Virus record (IMG/VR): IMGVR_UViG_3300033562_001394 | Coordinates: 1-37,530 of that record | Direction: 5' to 3' (one strand) | Length of the DNA: 37,530 bases | DNA from: a virus | Lineage: Duplodnaviria; Caudoviricetes | In this document: piece after piece, positions 1-8,097 of the stretch | How positions within the stretch are numbered: position 1 is the first letter of the stretch | Layout: every line of letters starts with the position of its first letter | Translations under genes and position numbers: made by a program | Notes under the pieces: generated by a model | What the model was told of the DNA's origin: nothing | Seen by the model: only the letters and a program-made list of their open reading frames with translations | The model's database searches: none

Positions 1-111
1 ATCAATAATACCTGATTTAAAACGCTCAGCAATATTAATACGAGGAGGTTCATTAGTAATAAGAAGAATATCATTAATAAATAACAATAGACTTGTTATA
101 TCAAAATCCAT
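1..111 (-). CDS. Hypothetical protein of the flanking element, truncated by window edge (MDFDITSLLLFIND...)
   Basis: ATG at 111 directly follows the stop of the CI-like gene; frame is open to position 1. Confidence 0.5.
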   Translation of the reverse strand, partial: MDFDITSLLLFINDILLITNEPPRINIAERFKSGIID

Positions 112-489
112 TTAATTGAAATTCCCAATTTCAGCAGCACGAAGCGCACCAACAAGTTGAAGTACAACGTGTTTATGTGGCATAGAAAGTTGTGAAAAAC
201 CACTAATAGAGATTTCTTCATTACTTTTAGATAATTTAGTAGTAATCCAATCAGGTAAATCAGGACGAATTTCTCTCGGATCAACATCCAAAAAATAAGC
301 AAACTTAAACGTAGCTTCAATACCCAATGGTACAGAACCACGCACATACATAGAAACCGCAGATTGATTCATACCTAAATGCTCAGATGCAGTTTCCTGA
401 GTAAAGCGACGTTCTAATTTTCGTTGCTCCCAAATAGAACGCAATCTCTTTGCCGCTTCAATATCTAATTCAATTATTTTCCTATCCAT
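112..489 (-). CDS. CI-like XRE/HTH repressor of the flanking element (no S24 peptidase domain)
   Basis: RLRSIWEQRK...FTQETASEHLGMNQSAVSMY...PL...FAYFLDVDPREIRP resembles the lambda CI N-terminal domain. Confidence 0.8.
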   Translation of the reverse strand: MDRKIIELDIEAAKRLRSIWEQRKLERRFTQETASEHLGMNQSAVSMYVRGSVPLGIEATFKFAYFLDVDPREIRPDLPDWITTKLSKSNEEISISGFSQLSMPHKHVVLQLVGALRAAEIGNFN

Positions 490-555
490 TCAAAAATTAT
501 TAGCTAACATGATATTTTTATCAAATATCATAAATGTTTAAAAAATATTTGCGTT

Positions 556-563
556 GTTAAATA
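556..563 (+). repeat. Target-site duplication, left copy GTTAAATA
   Basis: Immediately precedes TGTACGG at 564; identical to 36937-36944. Confidence 0.85.
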
Positions 564-650
564 TGTACGGAGACAAGTGGAATGAGACAGATTGACAAGA
601 GATTTGAGAATGAAAAAGTGGTTTGAAAATGAGTAAATGATTGAAAAATA
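564..650 (+). repeat. Left end (attL) with degenerate ~19-bp transposase-binding repeats
   Basis: GACAAGTGGAATGAGACAG (572-590), GACAAGAGATTTGAGAATG (594-612), AAAAAGTGGTTTGAAAATG (613-631); resemble the inverted right-end sites. Confidence 0.7.
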
Positions 651-854
651 TAAAATTATTTGGGGAATGAATGGAATTTTAAAAATTGGTCAGAATTTAA
701 GGGTATTCATGTTTTGATAGTATTTTTAATAAGTTATGACAAAGGAAGCACTTCCTTTCTTCCTTTCTTTTACTTCCTTTGTCTTGATGCTCACTTCCTT
801 AGTCGAATACCGTACCTTTTTACTGTGCTTTTAATAACCCTATTTAAAATAACC

Positions 855-1406
855 TTAACGCTTTTCCCTATTAAAACTACTGATAATCCCATCGGTAAGG
901 TACACAACAAGGTAGCCGTCCGTGTAATCGTACCACAATCGCTTCTTTTTCTTATTTTGCGATATTTCTTCCCTAACTTCTGAATATTCGCCAAGAATGT
1001 AGAGCAGGTCAGTTTCGGTTAAGCCAATCTCAATTTTCCCTTCATCCCTAAGTTTGTTGAGGTATTTTAGGCGAGCGATGCGTTCATCGCGCTGTTCGAG
1101 ATGGTCCTTGGCGTGTTGGCGATATTGTTCGGCTTTTTGTGGGTCTTTTTCACAAGTGTCGTCGATGATTGTGCCGCGTTGCCAAACGACTGTGCATGGG
1201 GGATTGGGGTGTTGAAATTTTCCCTCATACCAATACGGCATTCGACCTGATAGATGTGGCGTACCCGTGCGGTTGTCGTTCCATTGGTAGGTGCGTGGAT
1301 ACCGTGCTTCATAATCGGCATCGAACTTAGGTGGTTCGTTGGCATATACCGCACCTATCAAAAGGCTAAAAGCCCATGATTTCTTGAGCACGGCGGACTT
1401 CTTCAC
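855..1406 (-). CDS. Putative exported protein downstream of the repressor (lysogenic conversion or exclusion candidate)
   Basis: Signal-peptide-like N-terminus MKKSAVLKKSWAFSLLIGAVYA; C-terminal IEIGLTETDLLYILGE...WY motif resembles SmpA/OmlA-like domains. Confidence 0.6.
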   Translation of the reverse strand: MKKSAVLKKSWAFSLLIGAVYANEPPKFDADYEARYPRTYQWNDNRTGTPHLSGRMPYWYEGKFQHPNPPCTVVWQRGTIIDDTCEKDPQKAEQYRQHAKDHLEQRDERIARLKYLNKLRDEGKIEIGLTETDLLYILGEYSEVREEISQNKKKKRLWYDYTDGYLVVYLTDGIISSFNREKR

Positions 1407-1731
1407 GGGCGCGATCCAGCTCTATGCGTACCATTTCTAAGGTATCGCTTAACTCGCTGATTAAAATTGGTTTTCCTGTCTTTTTGTTCAAATAAGTGAC
1501 GTTGGGCGTTGCACCCGCGTACATCTCTCCCTCTCCCGTCAAAAGCCAATGCAGGCTTATTTCAGGCAATTTTTTGGCGATATTTATCGCTATCTCCATG
1601 TTTAAATTTGATTTTTTGCCCGATTCTATATCTGAGAGATAGCTGGTCGATATTTCGATGACCTCAGAAAACGCTTTTTGGTTTAATTTTTTTTCGCTTC
1701 TTAATGCCCTGATTCTATTGCCAATCGTCAT
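1366..1731 (-). CDS. Prophage repressor, XRE-family HTH
   Basis: IGNRIRALRSEKKLNQKAFSEVIEISTSYLSDIESGK and WLLTGEGEM motifs; leftward gene at the Mu c position. Confidence 0.9.
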   Translation of the reverse strand: MTIGNRIRALRSEKKLNQKAFSEVIEISTSYLSDIESGKKSNLNMEIAINIAKKLPEISLHWLLTGEGEMYAGATPNVTYLNKKTGKPILISELSDTLEMVRIELDRAREEVRRAQEIMGF

Positions 1732-1754
1732 ATAAAAATCCTCTACAGAAAAAT

Positions 1755-1859
1755 AATTTCGCTGTAGCTGTTGACAAATTTCGCTGTGGCGAATAATCTA
1801 TGTCCATACCGCACGGACATAATGTCTGTAGGTAAGGTAAAAAAATACCGCACGGTCAT
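1755..1859 (+). promoter_or_regulatory. Early promoter with operator repeats
   Basis: TTGACA (1771-1776)-N17-TAATCT (1794-1799); AATTTCGCTGTRGC at 1755 and 1777, the second within palindrome TTCGC-N4-GCGAA; ATACCGCACGGWCAT at 1806 and 1845. Confidence 0.7.
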
Positions 1860-1883
1860 GCGGCTTAACATTTGGGAATGTGT

Positions 1884-2171
1884 ATGGACGTACAAGAAGT
1901 AGAAAGACTTCTAAAGGACGAAACAGGTAAATCGTTGATTGAATGGTCAACTTCACACGGCTACAAGCTAGATACCGTTCAAAAAACGATTCGCCGTTGG
2001 AATCATCGAACGCACGGACACCCAGGGGGGATTGCAGCTGAGATTGCGATCAAACTGAGCGTTGACATTGGTAAAGCGATAACCCCTGTACTCAAGAAAC
2101 ACATCAAGGCAATCGTAGCATACGAAAAGGAACTTAACAATGGCACTGAGTCAAGACAAACGAGCGATTGA
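1884..2171 (+). CDS. Ner-like DNA-binding protein (BcepMu gp16-like)
   Basis: GKSLIEWSTSHGYKLDTV...GIAAEIAIKL pattern; divergent from the repressor. Confidence 0.7.
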   Translation: MDVQEVERLLKDETGKSLIEWSTSHGYKLDTVQKTIRRWNHRTHGHPGGIAAEIAIKLSVDIGKAITPVLKKHIKAIVAYEKELNNGTESRQTSD

Positions 2172-2430
2172 TGCGTATGTCAGTAAAGAATTAAAGGAAT
2201 TTCTTGCGCAAAAAGCTAAAGAAGATGGGTTATCGATGTCGACCTTAGCGGGTGACGCGCTTTTGCAATACGCGAAAAAGCAAGGATTTCAAGAGACTGC
2301 GCAATTAGATGAAGTAATGATCGAACAAGCCCGCGCCAATCCAAAATGGGCAATGGAGATGTTTCAACGGATGGCGCAAGCAATTGCCGAAACGCCCACC
2401 AAAATGGTTTTTGCAATGGTATGTGGATAG
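2140..2430 (+). CDS. Ribbon-helix-helix-like DNA-binding protein
   Basis: IDAYVSKELKEFLAQKAKEDGLSMSTL fits a CopG/RHH pattern. Confidence 0.6.
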   Translation: MALSQDKRAIDAYVSKELKEFLAQKAKEDGLSMSTLAGDALLQYAKKQGFQETAQLDEVMIEQARANPKWAMEMFQRMAQAIAETPTKMVFAMVCG

Positions 2431-2482
2431 TCGGTGAAGTGAAGGTGGTAATGGTTATTTTAGCGTTTTTGGCGGGGTTGAT

Positions 2483-2731
2483 ATGGAAACGTTAATGTTA
2501 CTCGCAGCGCTGGCAGCCCCACACGAAGCGTTGTTCACGATTACCCAGATATGTTGGGATGCAACAAAGGGTTATGAGTTACGCGAGGATTTTAAATGGG
2601 CAACGCATTCGCCCACTCCCGTTAAGGTCATTCAAGTGAAGAAAGGCTGCAAAGGGAAAGGAAATCTAGCGTGCGATGAATGGGAATGTATGTATTTTCC
2701 CCCTAAAAACAAACCTGAATTAAGAGGATAA
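2483..2731 (+). CDS. Hypothetical protein
   Basis: ORF with purine-rich RBS in the early operon. Confidence 0.5.
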   Translation: METLMLLAALAAPHEALFTITQICWDATKGYELREDFKWATHSPTPVKVIQVKKGCKGKGNLACDEWECMYFPPKNKPELRG

Positions 2732-2740
2732 ATTACTCCA

Positions 2741-2825
2741 GATTCCCTCCTTTGGGAGGGCTTTTTAAAAAGTCTCCTTCACCTTTGCTGGGTGATTCCC
2801 TTTCGTAAGAGAGGGCTTTTTAAAA
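2741..2825 (+). repeat. Two related hairpin + GCTTTTTAAAA units
   Basis: GATTCCCTCCTTTGGGAGGGCTTTTTAAAA (from 2741) and GATTCCCTTTCGTAAGAGAGGGCTTTTTAAAA (from 2794). Confidence 0.7.
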
Positions 2826-2856
2826 GGCATTTAAGTGTTTTTTAAGTGAGGTTTTT

Positions 2857-3210
2857 ATGACAACGCTCAAACAAATGAAACAAGAGTTTGAGGAACTTAG
2901 AAAAGAGTTTCTCATTCTTAAAAAAGGCAAGAAATACCGTTTTGTTGATTATTTCCCGAAAGGTTGGTTTCTAATTGATGGAAATAACGCCGTATTTTTA
3001 GGTAAAAATTGGCAACTTGCAAACGTTAAATTATTGACTTTAAATCCCAATAAAAGATTTAGCAATCAAGCAGTTGGGTTTTATTTACCGCCCGCGTTGT
3101 ATTGCGGTCAAAACCATTATCAAGTGTTAGAAATGGGATTTGAAGAAAGCATTTTTCCTGTGTTAGTTGAAATGAGAAAAGCCGCTTTCTGGGATTTACA
3201 CCCACCCTAA
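2857..3210 (+). CDS. Hypothetical protein
   Basis: ORF with GAGG RBS. Confidence 0.6.
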   Translation: MTTLKQMKQEFEELRKEFLILKKGKKYRFVDYFPKGWFLIDGNNAVFLGKNWQLANVKLLTLNPNKRFSNQAVGFYLPPALYCGQNHYQVLEMGFEESIFPVLVEMRKAAFWDLHPP

Positions 3211-3266
3211 AACAACTGTTTTTTAGTGCATGGTTTGGTTTAAAAACAACGGGAAAGGGTAGTTTT

Positions 3267-5183
3267 ATGATTTGGTTGAAAATCTCTGAAGTAAGCAAAT
3301 TAGCGGGTGTATCTGAACGAGCCATTCAGCTTATTGCTAAAAACGGCAAAGCATGGCGCGGTGCGCAGGTTGAGATCAGAGAAGTGGCGGGGATGGGACG
3401 GGGTGGCAAAAGCTATGAGTTTGCATTGGAATCGTTACCCATTGAGTTGCAAAAGAAATACGCAAAAAGCCAAGTCAAAGCATTGCCTGAAACGGTTGTG
3501 GAAAAAGTTGTGCCAATCCAAGTTCCCGATAAAAACAGTTTGTGGAGTGGATTTGAGATTAGACCCGATTCAATCAAAGAAGAAGCGAAGAGAAAACTTA
3601 ATATTTTGAATGAATTAGAGGATTTTCTAGCGAAAGGGCTGGGCGAAGTGAGGGATTTTGCGCTCACGCAAGAGGTCACTGCGGCGACTATCTATCGGTG
3701 GAAGCAAAAGCTCAAAGGGATCGACAAATCGGATTGGCTGCCCGTTTTAGCGGATAAGTACGTGGGCGGACTCCCAACCGCAGAAATTAGCGACGCAGCA
3801 TGGTCGTTTTTCAAGACTTGTTATTTGAATCGGGCGAAAAAACACGCGGCAACCGCCTATAAATACACGGTGATCGCGGCTCGGGAGAATGGTTGGTCGC
3901 TCCCCTCGTACCGTACGGTATTGAGAAAGCTGCAACGTGACGTACCCAACGACGTAGTACGGGTGATGCGTGAAGGAAGCGATGTGGTGAAAGAATTGAT
4001 GCCCAAAATCCGTCGTACCACCGAATGGATGAAAGCCCTTGAATTGATAAACGGTGACGGTCTTGACCCTAAATTGACCTTCGGGGTGGTGTTCACCGAA
4101 GACGGTGAGGTGATTCCACACCCCAAAATCTGGATTTGGCAAGACGTGTACAGCGGGATGATTTTAGGATTTGAACTCGCCAAAAGCGAAAACCGCGACA
4201 TGATTCGCACATCGTTGGGTGAAGTGATTGAAAAGTATGGGATTCCCGATGCCGTGTTGCTCGATAACACCCGCGCAGCAGCAAACAAAGAATTGAGTGG
4301 AGGGATTTCACATCGTTATCGTTTCAAAGTTAAAGAAGAAGAAGCGGACGGGATTCTGAAAATCCTAGGGATTCAAGTGCATTGGGCAACCCCAGGGCAA
4401 GGTTGGGTGAAACCGATTGAACGCAAAAACCGTGATTTGAACGCGCTCATTCCCAACCACCCAATTGTTTTAAATGCAATGACAGAGAAACGCCCTGTTA
4501 GCGATATTGAATTGAATCAAGTTATTTTATCAGCGGTCGAGCAAATTAATAGCGACGTGAAATGTAGAAGTCAGATTTGTGGTGGGGTAAGAAGTCCTTA
4601 TCAAGTGTTTGAAGAATCCTATCAAAAACAATTGATTACTAGACTTACCGTTGAGCAACGCCGTTTATTTATGCTTGCTGCTGAAGGGGTTTCTGTTAGA
4701 AAGGACGGATATATTTCGTTTTATGACAATCTGTATTGGAATGCAGCCTTAGCAAACCATCGGGGTCAAAAAGTTATCGTACGATTTGATGCGAAGGAAC
4801 TTAGAAAGGCGGTTGCGGTGTACATGACCGACGGACGCTTTATGTGTGAAGCCGATTATCAACCCAGCATCGGATTTCTGGATCGGGAAGGCGCACGAAC
4901 CGCAAAACGAATCCAAAAGAATTACAAAGATTCACTTAAAAAAGCTACTGAATTACAGGTCAAAATGGGTGCATCATTAGCGGCAAAACTTATGCCAGAA
5001 ACGCAAAAAACCGTTGAAATTCAACACACTAATGTGGTCAAAGGGCATTTTGGCAAAGGAATTAAAAAGGAAGTGAACGAACCCATGAAGGCAACTGGTA
5101 CGGATGGGAAATCGTATGAAGATGTTTTTACAGCGAATTTAGCAAGATTGAAAGCTGAAAAAGCAAAGAAACCAGTGATTTAA
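3267..5183 (+). CDS. Mu-family DDE transposase (MuA-like)
   Basis: N-terminal Mu HTH (GRGGKSYEFALESLP), I-beta/gamma-like region, catalytic candidates INGDG / LLDN / KPIER, C-terminal NLY...VIVRFD. Confidence 0.95.
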   Translation: MIWLKISEVSKLAGVSERAIQLIAKNGKAWRGAQVEIREVAGMGRGGKSYEFALESLPIELQKKYAKSQVKALPETVVEKVVPIQVPDKNSLWSGFEIRPDSIKEEAKRKLNILNELEDFLAKGLGEVRDFALTQEVTAATIYRWKQKLKGIDKSDWLPVLADKYVGGLPTAEISDAAWSFFKTCYLNRAKKHAATAYKYTVIAARENGWSLPSYRTVLRKLQRDVPNDVVRVMREGSDVVKELMPKIRRTTEWMKALELINGDGLDPKLTFGVVFTEDGEVIPHPKIWIWQDVYSGMILGFELAKSENRDMIRTSLGEVIEKYGIPDAVLLDNTRAAANKELSGGISHRYRFKVKEEEADGILKILGIQVHWATPGQGWVKPIERKNRDLNALIPNHPIVLNAMTEKRPVSDIELNQVILSAVEQINSDVKCRSQICGGVRSPYQVFEESYQKQLITRLTVEQRRLFMLAAEGVSVRKDGYISFYDNLYWNAALANHRGQKVIVRFDAKELRKAVAVYMTDGRFMCEADYQPSIGFLDREGARTAKRIQKNYKDSLKKATELQVKMGASLAAKLMPETQKTVEIQHTNVVKGHFGKGIKKEVNEPMKATGTDGKSYEDVFTANLARLKAEKAKKPVI

Positions 5184-5244
5184 ATCGGTCGTGAGGGCGC
5201 AATCCTCACAACCACTAACTCTTAACCCAATGAAGGTATTCATT

Positions 5245-5589
5245 ATGGAAACTTATGTTAAAAATATTGGCGCAATCGGAGTTAAAAATATTGGCGCAAT
5301 CGGAGTTGAAAATATTGGTCCAATCGGCGTAACTACTGTTGCAAACTATTATTTTCCTGTGAAATTGGGTTACACAGCGGTAATCGAAACACAAAAATGT
5401 AAATACATTTCAGTTCGTCGAAATAAAAAAAATGGGTATTGGGAGGTTGTTTATAATAAAAAAATTTTGGGATCATTTGTAAATAAGAAAGAAGCAATTA
5501 ATTCTAAGTTGAGGTTAAAAAAATACCTTAAAAAATGCCGTAGACTTGACATGCGGCGAAAAGTGCGGTACGGTATTCGCACTACTTAA
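5245..5589 (+). CDS. Small basic protein with VKNIGAIG repeats and an AP2-like DNA-binding motif
   Basis: KYISVRRNKKNGYWEVVYNKKILGSFVNKKEAI resembles the AP2 W...LG.F....EA pattern. Confidence 0.5.
   Translation: METYVKNIGAIGVKNIGAIGVENIGPIGVTTVANYYFPVKLGYTAVIETQKCKYISVRRNKKNGYWEVVYNKKILGSFVNKKEAINSKLRLKKYLKKCRRLDMRRKVRYGIRTT
5257..5328 (+). repeat. 3 x 24-bp tandem repeat GTTAAAAATATTGGCGCAATCGGA
   Basis: Two identical copies (5257, 5281) and one diverged copy (5305). Confidence 0.9.
5546..5574 (+). promoter_or_regulatory. Sigma70-type promoter for the C4/rha unit
   Basis: TTGACA-N17-TACGGT. Confidence 0.6.
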
Positions 5590-5657
5590 ATCCAGTGCGG
5601 TCATCCGCAATTCGTTAATTCCTGCGGCTTTTTTTTGCCCGTTGTGTTATGCTTTTT

Positions 5658-5723
5658 ATGCGGGATGAGAAGGGAAAATATCCAATATCCCTCGCCGTTC
5701 ACTGGACGGTAGTTGAGTCCCGC
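5658..5723 (+). ncRNA. C4-like antisense RNA
   Basis: Closing stem GCGGGA/TCCCGC; CACTGGA and GTAGT are complementary to upstream ACTAC...TCCAGTG (5581-5597) and downstream ACTA...CCAGTG (5747-5761) at the rha RBS. Confidence 0.7.
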
Positions 5724-5770
5724 TCCCACTCATTTTTTGGGAGCATACTAAAAAACCAGTGAGGCATTAT

Positions 5771-6340
5771 ATGTCTAATTTATTCCCTGCTCTAATTACG
5801 CCCGACGTTTCTATCGTTAATGGCGAACCTCAAACAACCTCCCTTGCAATCGCTGACTTCTTTGGTAAATTCCACAAAGACGTTCTTGAAAAAATAAAAC
5901 TTCTTGATTGTTCTGAAGAATTTTCACGGCGGAATTTTACGCTGTCAAATTACACCACAGAACGCGGCAGAAATTACCCGATGTATAACATTACAAAAGA
6001 CGGGTTTGTGTTTTTGGTGATGGGATTTACGGGACGCGAGGCGATGAGATTCAAAGAAGCGTACATTAAACGGTTCAATGAAATGGAAGCGACACTCAAA
6101 AAAGGCGTTAAAAGTCAAGTGGATAGCCACGCTTACATTGAGGTTTTAGAGAAATACGTTGCATTGCTGGAGGAAAAGAACGTGCCAAAACCCAAACGTC
6201 ACGCTGGCAAACGGGTCACGGATGAAGCAAAGATCAAATTTAGCACACTACGCGAAGCGGGTTTTACGAATATTGAAATCGCCGAGCAAACGGGCTATTC
6301 AGATTCAACGGTGAGCTTGATTTTAAAGGGGATGATGTAA
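5771..6340 (+). CDS. rha: Rha-family phage regulatory/antirepressor protein with C-terminal HTH
   Basis: TTSLAIADFFGKFHKDVL...YPMYNITKDGFVFLVMGFTG...FKEAYIKRFNEME is the Rha signature. Confidence 0.92.
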   Translation: MSNLFPALITPDVSIVNGEPQTTSLAIADFFGKFHKDVLEKIKLLDCSEEFSRRNFTLSNYTTERGRNYPMYNITKDGFVFLVMGFTGREAMRFKEAYIKRFNEMEATLKKGVKSQVDSHAYIEVLEKYVALLEEKNVPKPKRHAGKRVTDEAKIKFSTLREAGFTNIEIAEQTGYSDSTVSLILKGMM

Positions 6341-6543
6341 TGAAAATTGTCTTAGAATACCCAACATCTAATGATTTCTTTGATGCGTTGCAGAATAAAA
6401 TCGTCCAACTCAACAACTTTGCCAATGCTGCAATCAAAGGTGAGCTTTCTGGTGACGATCTCGTTTGCCAAAATGCTATTGATGCGTTATGCGCAGACAT
6501 AATCGACCATCTTAACCAAGCCAGCAAAATCTTTAAAATCTAA
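6340..6543 (+). CDS. Hypothetical protein
   Basis: Coupled to the rha stop (TAATG). Confidence 0.6.
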   Translation: MKIVLEYPTSNDFFDALQNKIVQLNNFANAAIKGELSGDDLVCQNAIDALCADIIDHLNQASKIFKI

Positions 6544-6565
6544 TCAGGTGTAATTCCTCCAAATT

Positions 6566-6597
6566 AAAAGCTGACCTTCGGGTTGGCTTTTTTTATG
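6566..6597. terminator. Intrinsic terminator, possibly bidirectional
   Basis: AAAAGCTGACC-TTCG-GGTTGGCTTTTTTT. Confidence 0.8.
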
Positions 6598-6620
6598 GGT
6601 TTTTAACGTGCTATAAAAAA

Positions 6621-6828
6621 ATGAAATCCTTCATCTAACTTTCACCGCACAAATGAGCAAGCATTTATTGAAATCCTCAAAGCGCAAAACAAAGGAATTT
6701 ACCTTGAATTTCGCAAACAAGGGTATTCAGTGACTGAAGCATCCGATGCGGTATTAAATTACATCGACCAAGTCGCCGCAGATATGAAAACCAATTTTAA
6801 CGCTTTTGTACAAAATAGAGGATTTTGA
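6621..6828 (+). pseudogene. Small ORF apparently frameshifted just after its ATG
   Basis: 67-codon open frame 6625-6828 (NPSSNFHRTNEQAFIEILK...) is one base out of frame with ATG 6621. Confidence 0.4.
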
Positions 6829-6829
6829 A

Positions 6830-7180
6830 ATGCAACTTTCTAAAATGAATCATTTTGCACCACCTATTAAAGATGGTTGGTTGCCCCGCCGTCGCCCGTG
6901 TTTGATGTCATGGGGTCGGATTAGTGAAATCGTGGTGGGTTGTTTGGGTTTGAAACCAAGCAAATTAGAAACCCAAATGACGCATCACAACAAAGAAATC
7001 AATCAATACTTTTTACCTTTATTACCCGCGCAAGTGGAGGTTTTAAAGCGAGTGCAAATGATTGATAACAACAAACATGATCGACGCATTGTGACGCATC
7101 GGATGCACCCTAAATTTGCCAAAAGAAGAAAACCCACTCACATCGTCGTTAGAAATGGTCAACAAGTGGAGGTTACATGA
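6830..7180 (+). CDS. Hypothetical protein
   Basis: GAGGA RBS before ATG 6830. Confidence 0.6.
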   Translation: MQLSKMNHFAPPIKDGWLPRRRPCLMSWGRISEIVVGCLGLKPSKLETQMTHHNKEINQYFLPLLPAQVEVLKRVQMIDNNKHDRRIVTHRMHPKFAKRRKPTHIVVRNGQQVEVT

Positions 7181-7327
7181 AACCGTGCAACTGTGGAATG
7201 AATCAAGGCGCGTGCGTCAATGGAACAGGTGATTGCATGGCTGAACCGCTTGTTGAAGAAATGAAATAAAAGGTCATGCCGAGCAACCTTTGAATGCTCG
7301 GCGTTAATTAAGTGAGGAATTTGAGTT

Positions 7328-7846
7328 ATGGCGGCATTAAAAAGACCCGCAGCACCTACTACCGTTGAAGAGGTTGAAACATTGATTTCTGAATTAGGGC
7401 GTTTGCAACGTGAAAGTAAGCGTTTTGAAACGGAAATGAATGATGAAATTGCCAAGGTAAAATCGGCGTATGAAGAAGTAAATCGCACTAATAACGAAAG
7501 TATTAGTGAACTTACAGATCGGTTGTATTTGTATGCGGAGAGAAACCGTGAAGATTTATTGAAAGGTGGAAGAAAAACCGTACCTTTCACAAATGGCGAG
7601 TTTTCATGGAGATTTGCGCCTAATTCTGTGAGAGTAAGTAGTGCAGAGTTAGCTATTTTAAATTTGAGAAACGCTGGATTAGAACAGTTTATTCGCACAA
7701 AAGAAGAAATTGCTAAGGATATGATTAAAGCCGATCCCGATGCAATCAAAGGAATTAAAGGGCTTTCAATCAAGAAAGGCGAGGAGTTTTTCTATGTGAA
7801 ACCCTTTGAAACAAACTTAGAAACTGCGGTTGCGGTGCGTTCCTAA
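7328..7846 (+). CDS. gam: Mu Gam-like DNA end-protection protein
   Basis: EMNDEIAKVK...YAERNR...KTVPFTNGEFSWR...FIRTKEEIAK...EEFFYVKP. Confidence 0.9.
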   Translation: MAALKRPAAPTTVEEVETLISELGRLQRESKRFETEMNDEIAKVKSAYEEVNRTNNESISELTDRLYLYAERNREDLLKGGRKTVPFTNGEFSWRFAPNSVRVSSAELAILNLRNAGLEQFIRTKEEIAKDMIKADPDAIKGIKGLSIKKGEEFFYVKPFETNLETAVAVRS

Positions 7847-8094
7847 TGGACATCACGAGAAACACGGGTTCAATTTATTATACCGTTGAGTATCGTGGTA
7901 AGGAATTTCAAGTCGTTGCAATGTATTCACGCGGCGACTGGAATTTTGAAATGCGCAGAGGAGGAATATCATTAACGCCTTCGTTGCAACCCATTCAAAC
8001 AAGTGGTTTGTATCCAACCAAACAAGAGATAGAAACTGCTATTTTAAATATGTTTGTTTTTAACCCACAACTTAACCAATACTTTGAGGATTAA
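7846..8094 (+). CDS. Hypothetical protein
   Basis: Translationally coupled to gam. Confidence 0.55.
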   Translation: MDITRNTGSIYYTVEYRGKEFQVVAMYSRGDWNFEMRRGGISLTPSLQPIQTSGLYPTKQEIETAILNMFVFNPQLNQYFED

Positions 8095-8097
8095 CTC

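Noticed and set aside
660-994. ORFs 660-983 (+) and 791-994 (-), and the many antisense ORFs over structural genes
   Set aside because: They overlap better-supported genes and have no recognisable motifs; treated as shadow ORFs
3387-3420. GMGRGGKS as a Walker A motif (MuB-like fusion)
   Set aside because: It is the usual wing motif of the Mu N-terminal HTH, and no Walker B or AAA+ context follows
5257-5328. Possible CRISPR array
   Set aside because: The repeats are contiguous with no spacers, are in frame in an ORF, and no cas genes are present
7177-7269. 30-aa Cys-rich ORF (MKPCNCGMNQGACVNGTGDC...)
   Set aside because: It has a plausible RBS and coupling but is too short to call without homologues
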